From NCBI RefSeq assembly GCF_000143415.4, contig NW_003314360.1:290284-354283 (forward strand): a stretch of DNA of 64,000 nucleotides, in the 5' to 3' direction. Positions within the stretch are counted from its first letter, which is position 1; each line of letters starts with the position of its first letter. Of this stretch, positions 39,370-51,700 are shown one piece after another. The stretch is from Selaginella moellendorffii. Taxonomy: Eukaryota; Plantae; Lycopodiophyta. Position numbers and translations under genes: made by a program. The notes beneath the pieces are model-generated. The model was not told the origin of the DNA. It was given only the letters and a program-made list of their open reading frames with translations, and did not search any database.

Positions 39370-40700
39370 ATGGAAATCGATCCAAGAGAGGAAACCCGGA
39401 AGCTTTCGAGGAGGCGAAACGAGGACGAAGAAGAGTATAAAAAGCTTGCCAATAAAGTTAGGGTTCAAGCTAGGGCTCTGAAATGGCGAGCGCTCTGGAC
39501 CGTGGCACTCGTCCGTGGCTGCCCGTTCTGCATCAAGCTCAAGGTGTCACCGATTCGCGTAAGTTCCTTCTCCCATACAAGAGGATCAGGCAGCAGCAGC
39601 GAAGTATCTCACTCGAGAAAGAAGAACTGAAAGAAGAGAGAGGCGAGCTTTTGGCTCTGGCGCTGGCGCGCTCCCCTCGGTGGTTTCCAGTCTTCGACGA
39701 GATGGTTCCGTCCATGGAGGAGCTTACGCATGCCCAGGAGAGGCTGCAACTCCAGCAGCCAAAGGACTTCTCGCGACGAGCGATTGCTCTAGGGGATTTG
39801 CTGCTGCTCCAAGGCAGCTTTGACGAGGCTGAGGCGAGCTTCCAGAGGGCGATATCTTCCGCGGCTACTGCTGGCGATCGAGACGAGGAGAATCGCGTCA
39901 CAGCTCAGGTGAAGCTTGGGATGCTGCTCGAGAACTTGGGTCGGCTGGACGAGGCGGAGTTCCAGCTTAAGCAAGCGTCTTCTACTGGCGCCACTATCAC
40001 TGGTGTTACTCACTATGGGGCTCTCAAGTTCCTCCAGCTCTTTCTCTTCGACCATGGCACTGCCTCAGCGTACCGTGATCTCTCTGCAAGCATCGATGGT
40101 TGCTGGGAGTTTCGAAAGTGGTGGAGCGCTGCGTCGACTGGCCATCCACTCTACGAGTCTCCCTATGGATTTGTCGACGACTTGAGCTTTGCATGGTTTG
40201 GACGGCTCAGGCTAGGCCTCGTGCACAAGCTCGTCACCAAGAAGCTCAAGCTGGCCAACCAGAACTTGTTCGTAGCTCACACATCACACAGGACGCATTC
40301 GCTGCTGGCTGTGCATCTCCGACGAGTTGGGGAAGTCCGGGATCATTGGTTTAAGTTGGTGTCGCTGGATGGAGTTCCTGTGGAGTCTCCGGAGAAGCAC
40401 AGCAAGTATTGGACTGAAGAAGACGATAGACGGCTCTTAGAACGCGTCGCTTTCCAAGATCCAAAGAGTGTCCTGTCGCACCGCCTTGTGTGCAAAACAC
40501 CACTTTGGGAGCTCTAGCTTGGACGGAGCAAGACCCAGACAGCAAAGTGAAGCCTTGCTGACAAGGTACGCAAATACGGAAGGAACTGCTCGGGGATAAA
40601 AGAACACTGCAGCACAGGAAGAGGTTTCTTATATCAGACGCAGGCCTTGATACATGCAGAAACGTATGGACATTCTTCCCGCAAGAGCTCTAAAAGGAGC
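39370..40700 (+). CDS. TPR-like helical protein, copy 2 (longest ORF 39483-40517; may be a pseudogene)
   Basis: ALGDLLLLQGSFDEAEASFQRAI and KLGMLLENLGRLDEAEFQLKQA fit the TPR consensus; MTA-like remnants at 40585-40695. Confidence 0.6.
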
Positions 40701-42727
40701 CATGATCAATCAAAGCCTGAAGGTGGTTCCAGGTTTCTGATCCATCCATGGAGGAGCTTCAGTACGCCCACCTCCAGTGAAAGAAACAGCCTGCTCCAAA
40801 GATCTGGGAGGACACAACAGCACAATGAAGCCTCAATCTATTGACAAGGTATGCGAGTGTACATGCGGCTTTGCTTGAAAAGGCTTTCAACATTCAACTA
40901 CTGAATTTCCCAGCTGGAACTTCTCAGATCTTGTTATGGTGTCATTCAAGCAGCTCTTCTACAGCCTGAATAGCTTCGTCCAGGGAAGGGCTATGATGCA
41001 TTTGGATAAGTGGAAGTCAAAGGCTCAAGCATTTGCATTTTGTGCCAAATAGTTTAATAGTTTAGTTGAATAGTTAAATAAAGCTCATCAACCAAATATT
41101 TTAACAGTCTTCTAACTTTACATTTAAATTTTAATTGTATTTGAATTAATTTTCTTACAACTAATTGTCAAAGAATATACCTAAATATCCAAAAATATTT
41201 AAGTATATTCTAGCATCCTTTTCAATTGTAAATCAAGAGTTTTGGACAGTTACAAGTGGTTAGAATTGAGTCATCCTAAATTGATGAAGAAAATTGGTGA
41301 CAATTGAGTGATATCTTAAGATGACAATAAAATACAATCTATCTTCCTTTACATTTGTTTTACACTCAAATTTGTGTTTTCAAGAATATTAAGAATAAAA
41401 CCAGAGTTAGAATTAATCTTTATTTAGGGTTTACAGATTATACATTAAAGTACAAAATTAAAAGTATATAATTCTCAATTTTACCCTTTGATGGCCAATT
41501 ACAATAGCTTCAACCATAATTATAGCTTGATTTCAGGGAATGCTGAGGTGGTTAAAGAAAAATATTAATTGACATGGACTTGTATTTAGATAAATCATAA
41601 ACCTTGTATTTACAAGGAAAAAATATAACAAACCGAGTGTTTCTTTTCTTACTTCAATTTTATGAATCTTATATTAAATTTAATTATATTTATATTCTTA
41701 CCTTACTACTATAATAATTATGATTATATTTAGAAAACACATCCTCATGATTTAATTTTATATGAGTAAAACATTCAAAATTTTCATGTTATATAAAAAG
41801 GATTAGGAATTAAATCTACAAAATTATCTTAACAAAACTTTAATTAAACAATTTGAACAAAATAAAATATTTACATCTAACTATAAACCCTATCTCAAGG
41901 ATATTTTTTACCTCATTAGTCTCCATGAGTGCAATAGTTCATGAACAAGAAGAAATGCTATATTACTATAAAGCACCCTTGGCAATTCTTCAAGTTAGAA
42001 ACAAGGAAAATTACAAATTTATTGTTGTCCCTCTAAAAGACTGCTAGAATTTCAAACCGGTGTCGAAAGAAATACATACATACATTCTTCAAGTCTCAAC
42101 TCTTGCAAATTACATCACCAAAATGGAAGTTTGTGCACAAATAAACATCGTTGCAAGCTCTCTATCACACGGGAAACAAATCAGGAAAAGCTTTTAGCAA
42201 ACAAGATGCAAAGTACTAACACAACAATTCATTTTTAATCGCATATAAACATGAAATATATCTAAATAGATAGATAAACTTGGTAATCTTCCTTATTTCT
42301 AACTCGGAGAATAGCCTTGTCATTGCATTCAAACTCCTCTAACAATAGCCTTACTTTCCTTCTGTATTTAAAAGGACTATATTATATTTTGTCGGCGAGC
42401 TCCCCAACGGTCTAGCGTGAGCTCCCCAATAATTAATAGCTCATGACTTCCATATGGTCTTTCACAACCAATCCTCGACCTCGATAGTAATTATTATGCT
42501 TGCAAACTCTCAATCTTTGTCCCCACACAGCTAGGAAAGGGAGGGGCCAGAGTTTTCACCTTGATCCAGAACGCTCCTGTCAAACTGGTGTTTAGGAAAC
42601 GGAAGAAAGAACAAGAAGCTCACCATGTGTGTTGTCCTGCTTCGTGGATCAAGTAAGATATTACTCAAATGCTTACTTATTTCCACATGTCTTGCGAGAG
42701 TGGCAAGAGGAGGGAAGTTTATAAACG

Positions 42728-43640
42728 GTTTTGGACGGCTTAGGCTGGGTCTTGTCCACAAGCTCGTCACCAAGAAGATCAAGCTGGCCAACCAGAACTT
42801 GTTCGTAGCTCACACATCAGACACGACGCATTCGCTCCTGGCTTTGCATCTCCAACGAGTTGGGGAAGTCCGGGATCATTTATTTAAGTTGCTGTTGGTG
42901 GATGGAGTTCGTGGAGAAGCACAGCAAGTCTTGGACTGAAGAAGACGATAGACGGCTCTTAGAACGCTTTGCTCCAAAGAGTATCATGTTGTGTGCGTTG
43001 GAAGCTCTATACATTTGCGAGAAGCAGCAAAGTGAAGCCTGGTATGACACCGACAAGGTAAAGGCTGCTTTGTTAAAAGAATTTATGCTGGATCCCTCCC
43101 AATCTTCCTCAGAAACTTAAAAATGGTGAAGAGCTCTGGACCAGCCGATAGGGGAAGGAGATATCAGCAAAGGTTTGGTTTCTACAAAGTTTCCTTGTTT
43201 CTGTTTTGATTTTGCTTCTCGTTGTTTTGTAGTTTAAAACTGCTCGGGGTTAAAGAACACTGCCCGTCTCTCACAGGAAGAGGCACGATTTTCTCTTATA
43301 TCCAGGATCACTGGTCGACTGCTCATATACTGCTCATATGTAGACACACGGAAGGTACGGATCTTCTTCCCGCAAGAGCTCTAGAAGGAGTTTTATTCTC
43401 GTAGACATGTCTCCGCCACGCCGCAGGTGTTGAGCTCGACTAAGCGCAGTAGAGACAGGTTTCTTTCATTCTTTAGATCTTTCCTTATCCCCAATTTTCT
43501 TCTATTTTGTGTATCCAATGCTTATTCGCACAGAAGACAAGGTACAAACTCCTCAAATGAGTCTGATTGATGTCAGATCGCCACATCGTTATGCATCGGA
43601 TCAAACAGCCGAGGCACCGATAAGCTCGCCTCAAGTTTTG
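42728..43640 (+). pseudogene. TPR-like gene copy 3 (3' part) fused to MTA-derived exon/intron remnants
   Basis: FGRLRLGLVHKLVTKK.KLANQNLFVAHTS as in 40195-40290; 43110-43530 aligns patchily with MTA 35000-35560 and ~36110. Confidence 0.75.
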
Positions 43641-44061
43641 GTACTGGCCAGTTTAATGTTAGCAGATCAATCAAAGCTCACTACGCCCAGGAGAAGCTCT
43701 ATCTCCATCCAAATAAAGGACTTGCTGCTCCAAGAAGACGACAGCCTTGTAACAACAGCCTTGTATGAGCCCTAGAAGAGACTCCCAGATCTTTCGGGAA
43801 CTTGGAACCGATCTTTTGCTTGATCATCGTCGACCGGTTGAAACAGAGAAATGCTCTTGCTGGGTCACTTCTCAGAAATCAATTCTCGTTCTTCTCCTTC
43901 CTCTTCCAACTGCAGGAGCTCCGAAACTTGTGCTGGATTTGGACGTCCGCTACAGCGAAAGTGGTGAATAAAGCTCGACTCTAGAGAGATTCTAATTTTT
44001 AAAAGCACGCACGAATTTTTCCATTAGAGCCCTAAGTCTGCATTTTCTCAGCTAGCGAGAT

Positions 44062-45819
44062 GTGGAGGTTGCTCGGTCTTGGAGCTGCGCTTTTCCTGCT
44101 AGGGAATCCATGGATGTGGCTGCCGTTTTCTTCCCGCGCACCAGGATCACCGCCACCACCGAGCGACGTCGACGTTTTCTCCCACGGTGCGTATCTCCAC
44201 AAGAGGATAGTGGAGTCCCCTCTCTATTGGCGGGCTTTGCTTCGTGTTTGGTCTCCCTCTTTGCAGCGGCTGCATTCTTACGGTTTTGTATCGTTGATCT
44301 CGGGGACGGATCCGGCACAGCGACAGTGAAAGGGTTTAGTCCCGTGCTTGTACTCATCTTTATGTGGATGGTCAGCACGGCTTCACTCGTGGAGAAATGG
44401 ATCCTTGACGACAACGCTAGAGGCAGGTTGGCGGCATACACATGCGCTTTCTCTGGGATTTTCCTGCTGGCGTCCGCCATGCTCGTCGTGCCATACTTAC
44501 AGGAGCGTGATAGGAGAGTGTGGACAGCCATTTACTCAGTGACTACAGTTATGGCGTGGCCGTCATTTGCGCTTCTCCGGAAGTCCCCAGAATTCTACCG
44601 GGTCACTGCCACAGCTGTCACATACGGGATGGCTCAGGTGGCACCGCTTGCTGTTCGTGGGTATTACAAGCTTCCATTCCCATGGAAGACGTCTTTTGCT
44701 TCTTATTCTCTTCTCTCCTTAGTTTCTTCGATTCTATGGGCGATCTACTCTGGAGTTGTGGAGAGATACATGGTACATATGGTTGGAGCTGCCCTGAGCA
44801 TTGCTGTGAATGTTCTCTACCTCGCCTTCTACGTCAAGAAGCTGGTTGACTTTTTTGATTTGTTCCACGGTCTTTTGTTTTCTGCTCAAGTAGTTATATT
44901 TCGTATTTGGTAGTGAACTTTGTCCTTTAAATACATATATTAATAGAGTATATAGTTTTAGGTAAGTTCAGGTGATGGAGATCACAACGATGAGGCCGTT
45001 GTGGTGGTACTATTGTGTTGTTTCGTGCTTGGTGACTTTTGCATGCCATTTGTATTTCTACACGACCTATTTCACACTTGCTTCTCCAAAATTAATTTCT
45101 GCTCGTTGCCCTCGCCCAAGCTGTCATTCTATTGATTGTTACCGCTGGAACTTCCACTATCTGAACAATTTTGAAGTTGGCGTCCAGTATTCTGCTATTA
45201 GATACTGGCATCTTGCATGCTTCACTCACACTTTATATGTTTTGCTGGCTCTTGGCTCTTTAACAGGAGGTAAAGCCCTTGAATTTTTTAATTTTATTTT
45301 CTTTCTTTAACTTTTCTTCATTCAGTTGTCATTGGAGTTCTTGCTTATTTCCATCATAAGTGGTGCATGCTGATCAGCTTTATTGTCGGAGCTATTAGTG
45401 CCACATTGATTCCTCTTGCACCACATTCCTCATTGTTCGTTGTATTGCAAGTTTTGTCAGCAATGGCACACTTTTGTGCGGGAATGACATCAATTTGCAG
45501 ACTTGTTGAAGAGACTCCAGCACCTGGCTTCATTTATTTGAAAAGTCAGTACGTACCAGGTTATAAGCCCAACGGGAATTTTGATCTAGATGGGGATGAA
45601 GCTTGCACAATAATGTCAGTATTAGGTATCATACCACTTACGGCATCCTGTTTCATCTCTTTGGTATACTTCCTCGTCCCAGCATATCGTTTTTATCCAG
45701 ATTGGAAGTGGGGAAACAGGGCAGTAGCCTTGGTTGATGTTGTCTTGATACTAGTGCTTGTAGCAGAAATGATAGCACTAGTTGATAAGTACATAATTAG
45801 AAGAGTTAATCATTCTTAG
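44062..45819 (+). CDS. Multi-pass membrane protein, divergent MtN3/SWEET-like N-terminal part plus additional TM region
   Basis: Many TM helices; KGFSPV and SLLSLVSSILWAIYS..GAALSIAVNVLYLAFY resemble SWEET repeats; ORFs 44062-44913, 44972-45310 and 45367-45819 are plausibly linked by short introns. Confidence 0.5.
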
Positions 45820-47559
45820 TGCTTCTTTTTCAAAAATTACATTTTCTAGGCCTAATTATATGAAGAAAAAGTGTGTTTTTCAAGGAGATACATTAACAAT
45901 TCTAAAGATTGCTCAATATTTTATCATGATACAATTATATTTTTCAAATTTATATTTTTATAATAAATTTTATTCAACCACAACTCAAAATTATGGTCAT
46001 TAAAAGAAAATATTCAGTGATGTTCAAGTTTTTCATGTAGCAATTGATTAAATTTACTCAATTAATATTGCAACTAAAACAGCTATTTAGTGGACTTCCA
46101 TATTTCTTTATATTATATTCTCTATACTAATATTAGCATAGTGGAATTTTGGTAGCCATCAGATTAGTTTCAATTCAGACAATTTGCTTTTGTATATAAA
46201 CTAGGGTTTTTGGGCTAATTGATATGTACATTTTTTATATTCCCTTTCCATATTCTATGCACTCACATTAGTGGAGATAAGAGGCACTTTTAATTGTCCC
46301 TAAGAAGTGCTTAAATTTGGGAATTTAGTTTAAATTTAGCTTTTTCCATTTCCTTTATTTTGTTATTTCCTTTCGGGATTTTGGTTTAGATCTAACTTTT
46401 GCAGTGTCTAGATCTCTCTTCTAGCTTGTTTTTTTTAAATTTCTTTTCTTTTCCTCTTTCTTTTTTATTCATTTTCATGGTAGAATAATAGTCTCCTCCT
46501 CTTTTGACTCTAGAGCAGTAGTTAGTGTAATTGCTCAATGCTATGCAATTGCAGTTAAACAACCAAACTTAGTTGATGGCAGCATTTATAACATGTGGTA
46601 TAACTCCTTCTGCTCTTGGTGCCAATTTTCACATTTAGCCAGAGTTATTTTATGGGAATCTTAGGGATCATATGTATTATTGGTTCAATCATTTCATGGT
46701 GATTGCCACATATCATTCTTGGGATGATGTTTGATATGTGTATGTGTTTCTCACGTGTCTCCAAGGGACGGCATTGCAATAGTACAATGGTTCGAGTGTA
46801 GCCACTTATAAGGATTGGAGTATTTTCCCGGACATCTTCAAACGCATATTTGGATATGCTGATGATTGTGATGATGCCTTCCAACAATTGCATTGTCTTT
46901 GTTAAGGGCCATCTGAATCAGTGATGCAATTTGGTATTTGTTTTCGATGCCTCTTGCTTTGTGTGGAGCCAAATATGTCAGAGTAGATCAAGCTGGGAAT
47001 GTTGTGGCCAACACTTTGTCAAGATTTTGTAAAACTTGAGCATGCACTTGTTTCAGGCACCCTTAACGATGCCTTTCATTGACACAATGTTATGAAACAT
47101 TGCTTCTTCCACTTTTCATTGCACGTCCTTCAGCTCCACTTTTTGTGGAAGATGGTTTTATTTCAATGGAAGTTGATGCTGCTGCTGCTCAAGTTCAAGG
47201 ACGAGGGCGAGGACGTGGTTATGGCTGTGATGTTCACTACTAAGTGTGTGATGAAGTTGGTCACATTTATCAGCGCTATCAGTTTTCTGGATTGGTGGCC
47301 TCCATTTCTTGAATGGAGACCTTAGTGTCAATATCATCCTGTTGTTGCTATTGTAGTGGAAGGTTTGAATAGTGAGATGCATCTAGAAAATGAGGAATCG
47401 CATGAGTAACGAAGGGATCTTGCACAAATAAGTCAGTTACTCCTCCATCTTTTTTTTGGGAGTATCATCAAGAGGGTCACTCAACATCAGTTCATTCAGT
47501 ATTTACTTTCCAAGCTTATTTTTATAATAAGAGGTCTCTTATTATTTTTTCCGCATTGG

Positions 47560-48152
47560 TGTAAGCAACCAAAGGGAACGACTTGAAAGACGATCCATAG
47601 GGTTCAAATATAGAGGGAAAGGGCCCATGAACAAGAGTGCACCCCCTTTTCCAATCGGTTAAGGGTCTTGGGATAGTTGGGGTTAAGCGTCCTTGGGTTT
47701 GAATAGTACTGGGCTGGGTGACCTCTCGGGAAGTCCAAACTCAGGAGCTTACATTTGGTATCAGAGGGGTCTCGGGTCCGACTCTGTTGGTTGGCTAGGG
47801 GAATCACACCACATGTTGATTGACATCTGGCTGGTCCAGTTTGCTCCCGCTGGGCTCGACCCGAGGGGTAGGGTGTCAAGAGAGCGAGGCTCTCGGGAGA
47901 GCTGCGGCTCTCAGCTTCCGTTCACGAGGGCGTGAACTTGTAGGGAAGCGTGGTGGATTGTAAGCAACCAAAGGGAACGACTTGAAAGACGATCCATAGG
48001 GTTCAAATATAGAGGGAAAGGGCCCATGAACAAGAGTGCACCCCCTTTTCCAATCGGTTAAGGGTCTTGGGATAGTTGGGGTTAAGCGTCCTTGGGTTTG
48101 AATAGTACTGGGCTGGGTGACCTCTCGGGAAGTCCAAACTCAGGAGCTTACA
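47560..48152 (+). mobile_element. Cassandra-type TRIM with 5S rRNA-derived LTR segment
   Basis: Apparently identical 194-bp TG..CA LTRs (47560-47753, 47959-48152); TSD ATTGG; PBS TGGTATCAGAG (tRNA-iMet); purine tract; 205-bp non-coding interior. Confidence 0.95.
47681..47736 (+). ncRNA. 5S rRNA-derived Pol III internal promoter segment in Cassandra LTR (second copy at 48080-48135)
   Basis: GGTTAAGCGTCCTTGGG..AATAGTACTGGGCTGGGTGACCTCTCGGGAAGTCC versus plant 5S AGTTAAGCGTGCTTGGGCGAGAGTAGTACTAGGATGGGTGACCTCCTGGGAAGTCC (box A, IE, box C). Confidence 0.9.
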
Positions 48153-48534
48153 ATTGGTTGATACAGGTTCGAGTTTATCTTTTATTGCTTGACCTATTGT
48201 TACACATTGCCATCTACATTTGCATTATGTAGTAGAGTTAGTTTTCATTATGGCAACATCCGTACATATACATATGCATGGGATAAAGTGGACCTAGTTG
48301 TGTGTGTAGGCGATTTCGAGCTTGAATTGTAGTCATTGTGGGTGGTGTTAAGTCAAGCTTTTGACCTCATTCTCGGAATCAATTGATTGTAACACAATTA
48401 TGTCAAGTGTAATTTTGAGGCTTTTCCCCTTTGTCTCATACTTCTTTATAGTTCATTATAAGGAACCAACTCCCTGAGGTGTCAAAGGCTAAAGGATCCC
48501 TGAAAGCACGACCAAAATGATAAAGAGTTCGTCG

Positions 48535-48735
48535 GATGAGATCGAGTCCGAGATTGAGTCCGAGACCGACTCTAAGACTAAGTTCGAAACTGAGTTCAAG
48601 ACCGAGTCCGAGATCGAGTCCGAAACCAACTTTGAGATTGAGTTTGAGATCGATTCCGAGACGAAGTTTGAGACCGAGTCCAAGATCCGATATTGGGTCC
48701 GAGACCAAGTCCAAATTCGAGTCCGAGATCGAGTC
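48535..48735 (+). repeat. GAGTCC/GAGA(T/C)C hexamer-based tandem repeat in LTR (also 56750-56850)
   Basis: Visible 6/12-bp periodicity giving ESE/TE-rich pseudo-ORFs. Confidence 0.85.
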
Positions 48736-51700
48736 TAGTTTGAATACTAATATAGGATATGCGGGCGTCCCAAAGCAAGTATTGCACCCAAGGCTTGGGA
48801 TTTAGAGGGTCCTATGATCAAGTCTTATTATACCAAAGGATGTTAGGAACCTGGAGGCTTGGTGTGCTTGGCTACTTGTGCCTGCAGGGAGTGTAGCTGA
48901 ACCTTAAGTCCAGTCTAACCCGGGGAGGGGGATTGGGAGAGACTTGGGAATTCATGGATGCGTGGTTAATGCTCCGTTGCTCGTGTAGTGAGTATCTGAA
49001 ACCAAGTAGGATCAAGTAGGAGCTGGTACAATAGGTGGGAATCTTGGCGAGAGAACTTAGCTAAAGCCAAGGCAGTGTTGGTCGGATAGACAAAGCAAGC
49101 TGGCAAATGGGAAAAGAAATTTTGTGGCTTACAATTTGGTATTGAAGCTTTTTCCTCAGTTTTAGCAAAGGATAGAGGCGGATTGCTGGGAAATGGCAAA
49201 GGCAGGGCATAAACAAACCAAGGCATAGATGGAACCTCCTCCAGAGCTAGAGCCTTTGGTTGAAAAAAAGGGTAGGAATCCTTATACGAGGAGGACTCTA
49301 GTGAGGAAACTTCCAAATAAGAGTCCAGTGGGAGGTTCGGTCATCCAAGGCTTGATTAGACATTCTAGAAGGGCAAATGGCATAGACCAATGCCCTGTTA
49401 GAGACTCTTGTACGCAAGTTAAAGTGTGACGAGAAGCAAAAGAAAAAGCGAAAGACTGCGAATGTTGGTAGCACAGAAAGTGCGGACCTTTTGGCAAAGA
49501 CTAAGGCGGAACCAAACAAAGTCAAACAGACCGAAGTGGAATCAGTCCTTCAAACAATTCCCAAGTACCAAAACCCCCACTAGTCTTCAAAGGAGTGAAT
49601 GACTATAAGGTGGTGGAAGATTGGTTTTACGATATAGAAGACTACTTTTAAACATTGCGGTTACCAAGCTCGGACAAGGTCCCATGTGCAAAACCATATT
49701 TGGCAAATAATACCAAGTCTTGATGGAGAATGACAGAGGCCAATAAAGGACTGGTGGCCACTTGGGAAATGATGAAAGCGAGGATTCGCGCGACTTACGT
49801 TCCTCCGAATGCTACTCTGCACCTAAAGGATGAGTTGAGTAGGTTGAAACAGACCGAAACCATTCAAGAGTATGTGAATGGGTTTATGGCAAAGAGGATA
49901 CTTGTCACAGATATGGGCGATATAGATGCATTCCATGCTTTTATATTAGGCTTGCAAACTTGGACTTGAGGCGAGGTGATGTGTTGAAACTCAACCAACT
50001 ACAAGGAAGCATTGGATGCGGCCATCAAGGTGCATTTCAATGATAACCTGTGAATGGGGAACACGATGGGGTCAGGGTCCACGTTTAGCAAAGGGGCCAA
50101 ACCAAGGGGGACATATGGCAAGGGGAAATTTAAGAAGAGTTTATCTAAAAATGAGTCCTTGGGGTTTCGAAAATACAGATTCAGTGGTCAGCAAATAAGT
50201 ACATGGGTGAGTCAAGCAAAAAAAATAAACCCACAGATAAGAAGATCAAGTTTGTTAATAGTGTGGGAAACAATGTATGCTACAATTGTGGTGAAGTGGG
50301 ACACTTTTCAAAGAAATGTCTATACCCGAAGAAGGCTAGAGCCAATATGGCCATTAAGTCGGGTGAAACCCAAATTGAAGTACGTGATTCAGTCCCTAAC
50401 TCAAAGTTACTCATTAGATGACCAACTTTGGTAGAGAGTCATTCGTGACATCTACTAGCCCTCCGAGGGAAACTCGAGGGTAGCTTTGTTAAGATCTTTA
50501 TTGACACAGGTGCTTCAGATAATTTTACGGTTGTAGACATAGTCCGGCAAGCCAAACTAATGGTGCAGTGGTTGGGCGAACCAAGGACTATAGAGTTTAT
50601 TCAAGGTAGCCAAAACACCGATGATGTACTTCGACAAGCAAGAGTTGAAGTAGGGATATGGAAAGTATATATGGATTTCACCGTGTTGGACATGGCGAGA
50701 TTTGATGTAATCTTTGGGATAGATTGGTTCAATCGGTTCATGGTAGCTTTGCATGGACAAGGTATGAACCTTGTGGTATTGGTAAATGCCCGAAGAGAAT
50801 GATCTAGGGTGAAGGCCCAAGATCTAAAGGTAGGGCAATGTAAGGCTAAAGACTTCGACTTGAACCTGGTGTCCATGAAAGGACAACTCACTAAAGGAAC
50901 CAAAGCAGCATTTCTATGCTTACTCTTGATGAGGAGTGACAAAAAGATGGGATCAAAAGAAGCGCGTTTAGTGACCCAGGTAGTGTTGGACTAATTTCAA
51001 GATACCATGCCGGAGGAGTTACTGGCACGGTTACCCCCTGAACAACCAATAAAACATAAAATTGAGCTAGTCGAGGGTGTTAAGGTGGTGGTTCGTCCCC
51101 CTTATCAGTTGAACAAAATGAAACTCGAGGAGCTCAAACACCAACTTGAGGAATTGGTGGAAAAAGGGTATGTTAGGTTGAGCAAGTCACCATATGGTGT
51201 ACTAGTGTTATTTGTGAAAAAGAAAGATGAATCTATGCGCATATGTATAGACTACCGGTTGTTTAACAAGTATACAAAGAAGAACAAGTACCCTTTACCA
51301 AGGATTAGGGACTTGTTTGATAGGTTAGGAAAGGTGAAATACTTCTTGAGGATCGACATAAGGTCAGAATATTACCAAATTAGGGTAATAGAGGAAGATG
51401 TTAAGAAGACAACCTGTTAGACAAGGTATGGAAACTTCGAGTTTTAGTGATGCCCTTTGGGCTATGCAATGCACAAGCAATGTTCTTAGTGTTGATGAAC
51501 CATATTTTTGTACCCTATCTAGATTATTTCGTGGTCATCTACAATAACGACATTTTGATCTATAGCAAAACGCTAGAGGAGCATGCCAAACACTTGACGA
51601 AGGTGTTTGAGAAACTAAGGGAACACTAACTGTATGCTAAAAAGAGCAAATGTGACTTTGCTTAACAAAAGGTAAAATTTCTTGGGCATGTAGTGGGCAA

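Noticed and set aside
41040-42520. AT-rich island, possible DNA transposon or Helitron
   Set aside because: No terminal repeats, TSD or coding remnant that I could identify.
47681-47736. Functional 5S rRNA gene
   Set aside because: Only the ~56-nt internal promoter part is present, embedded in TRIM LTRs.
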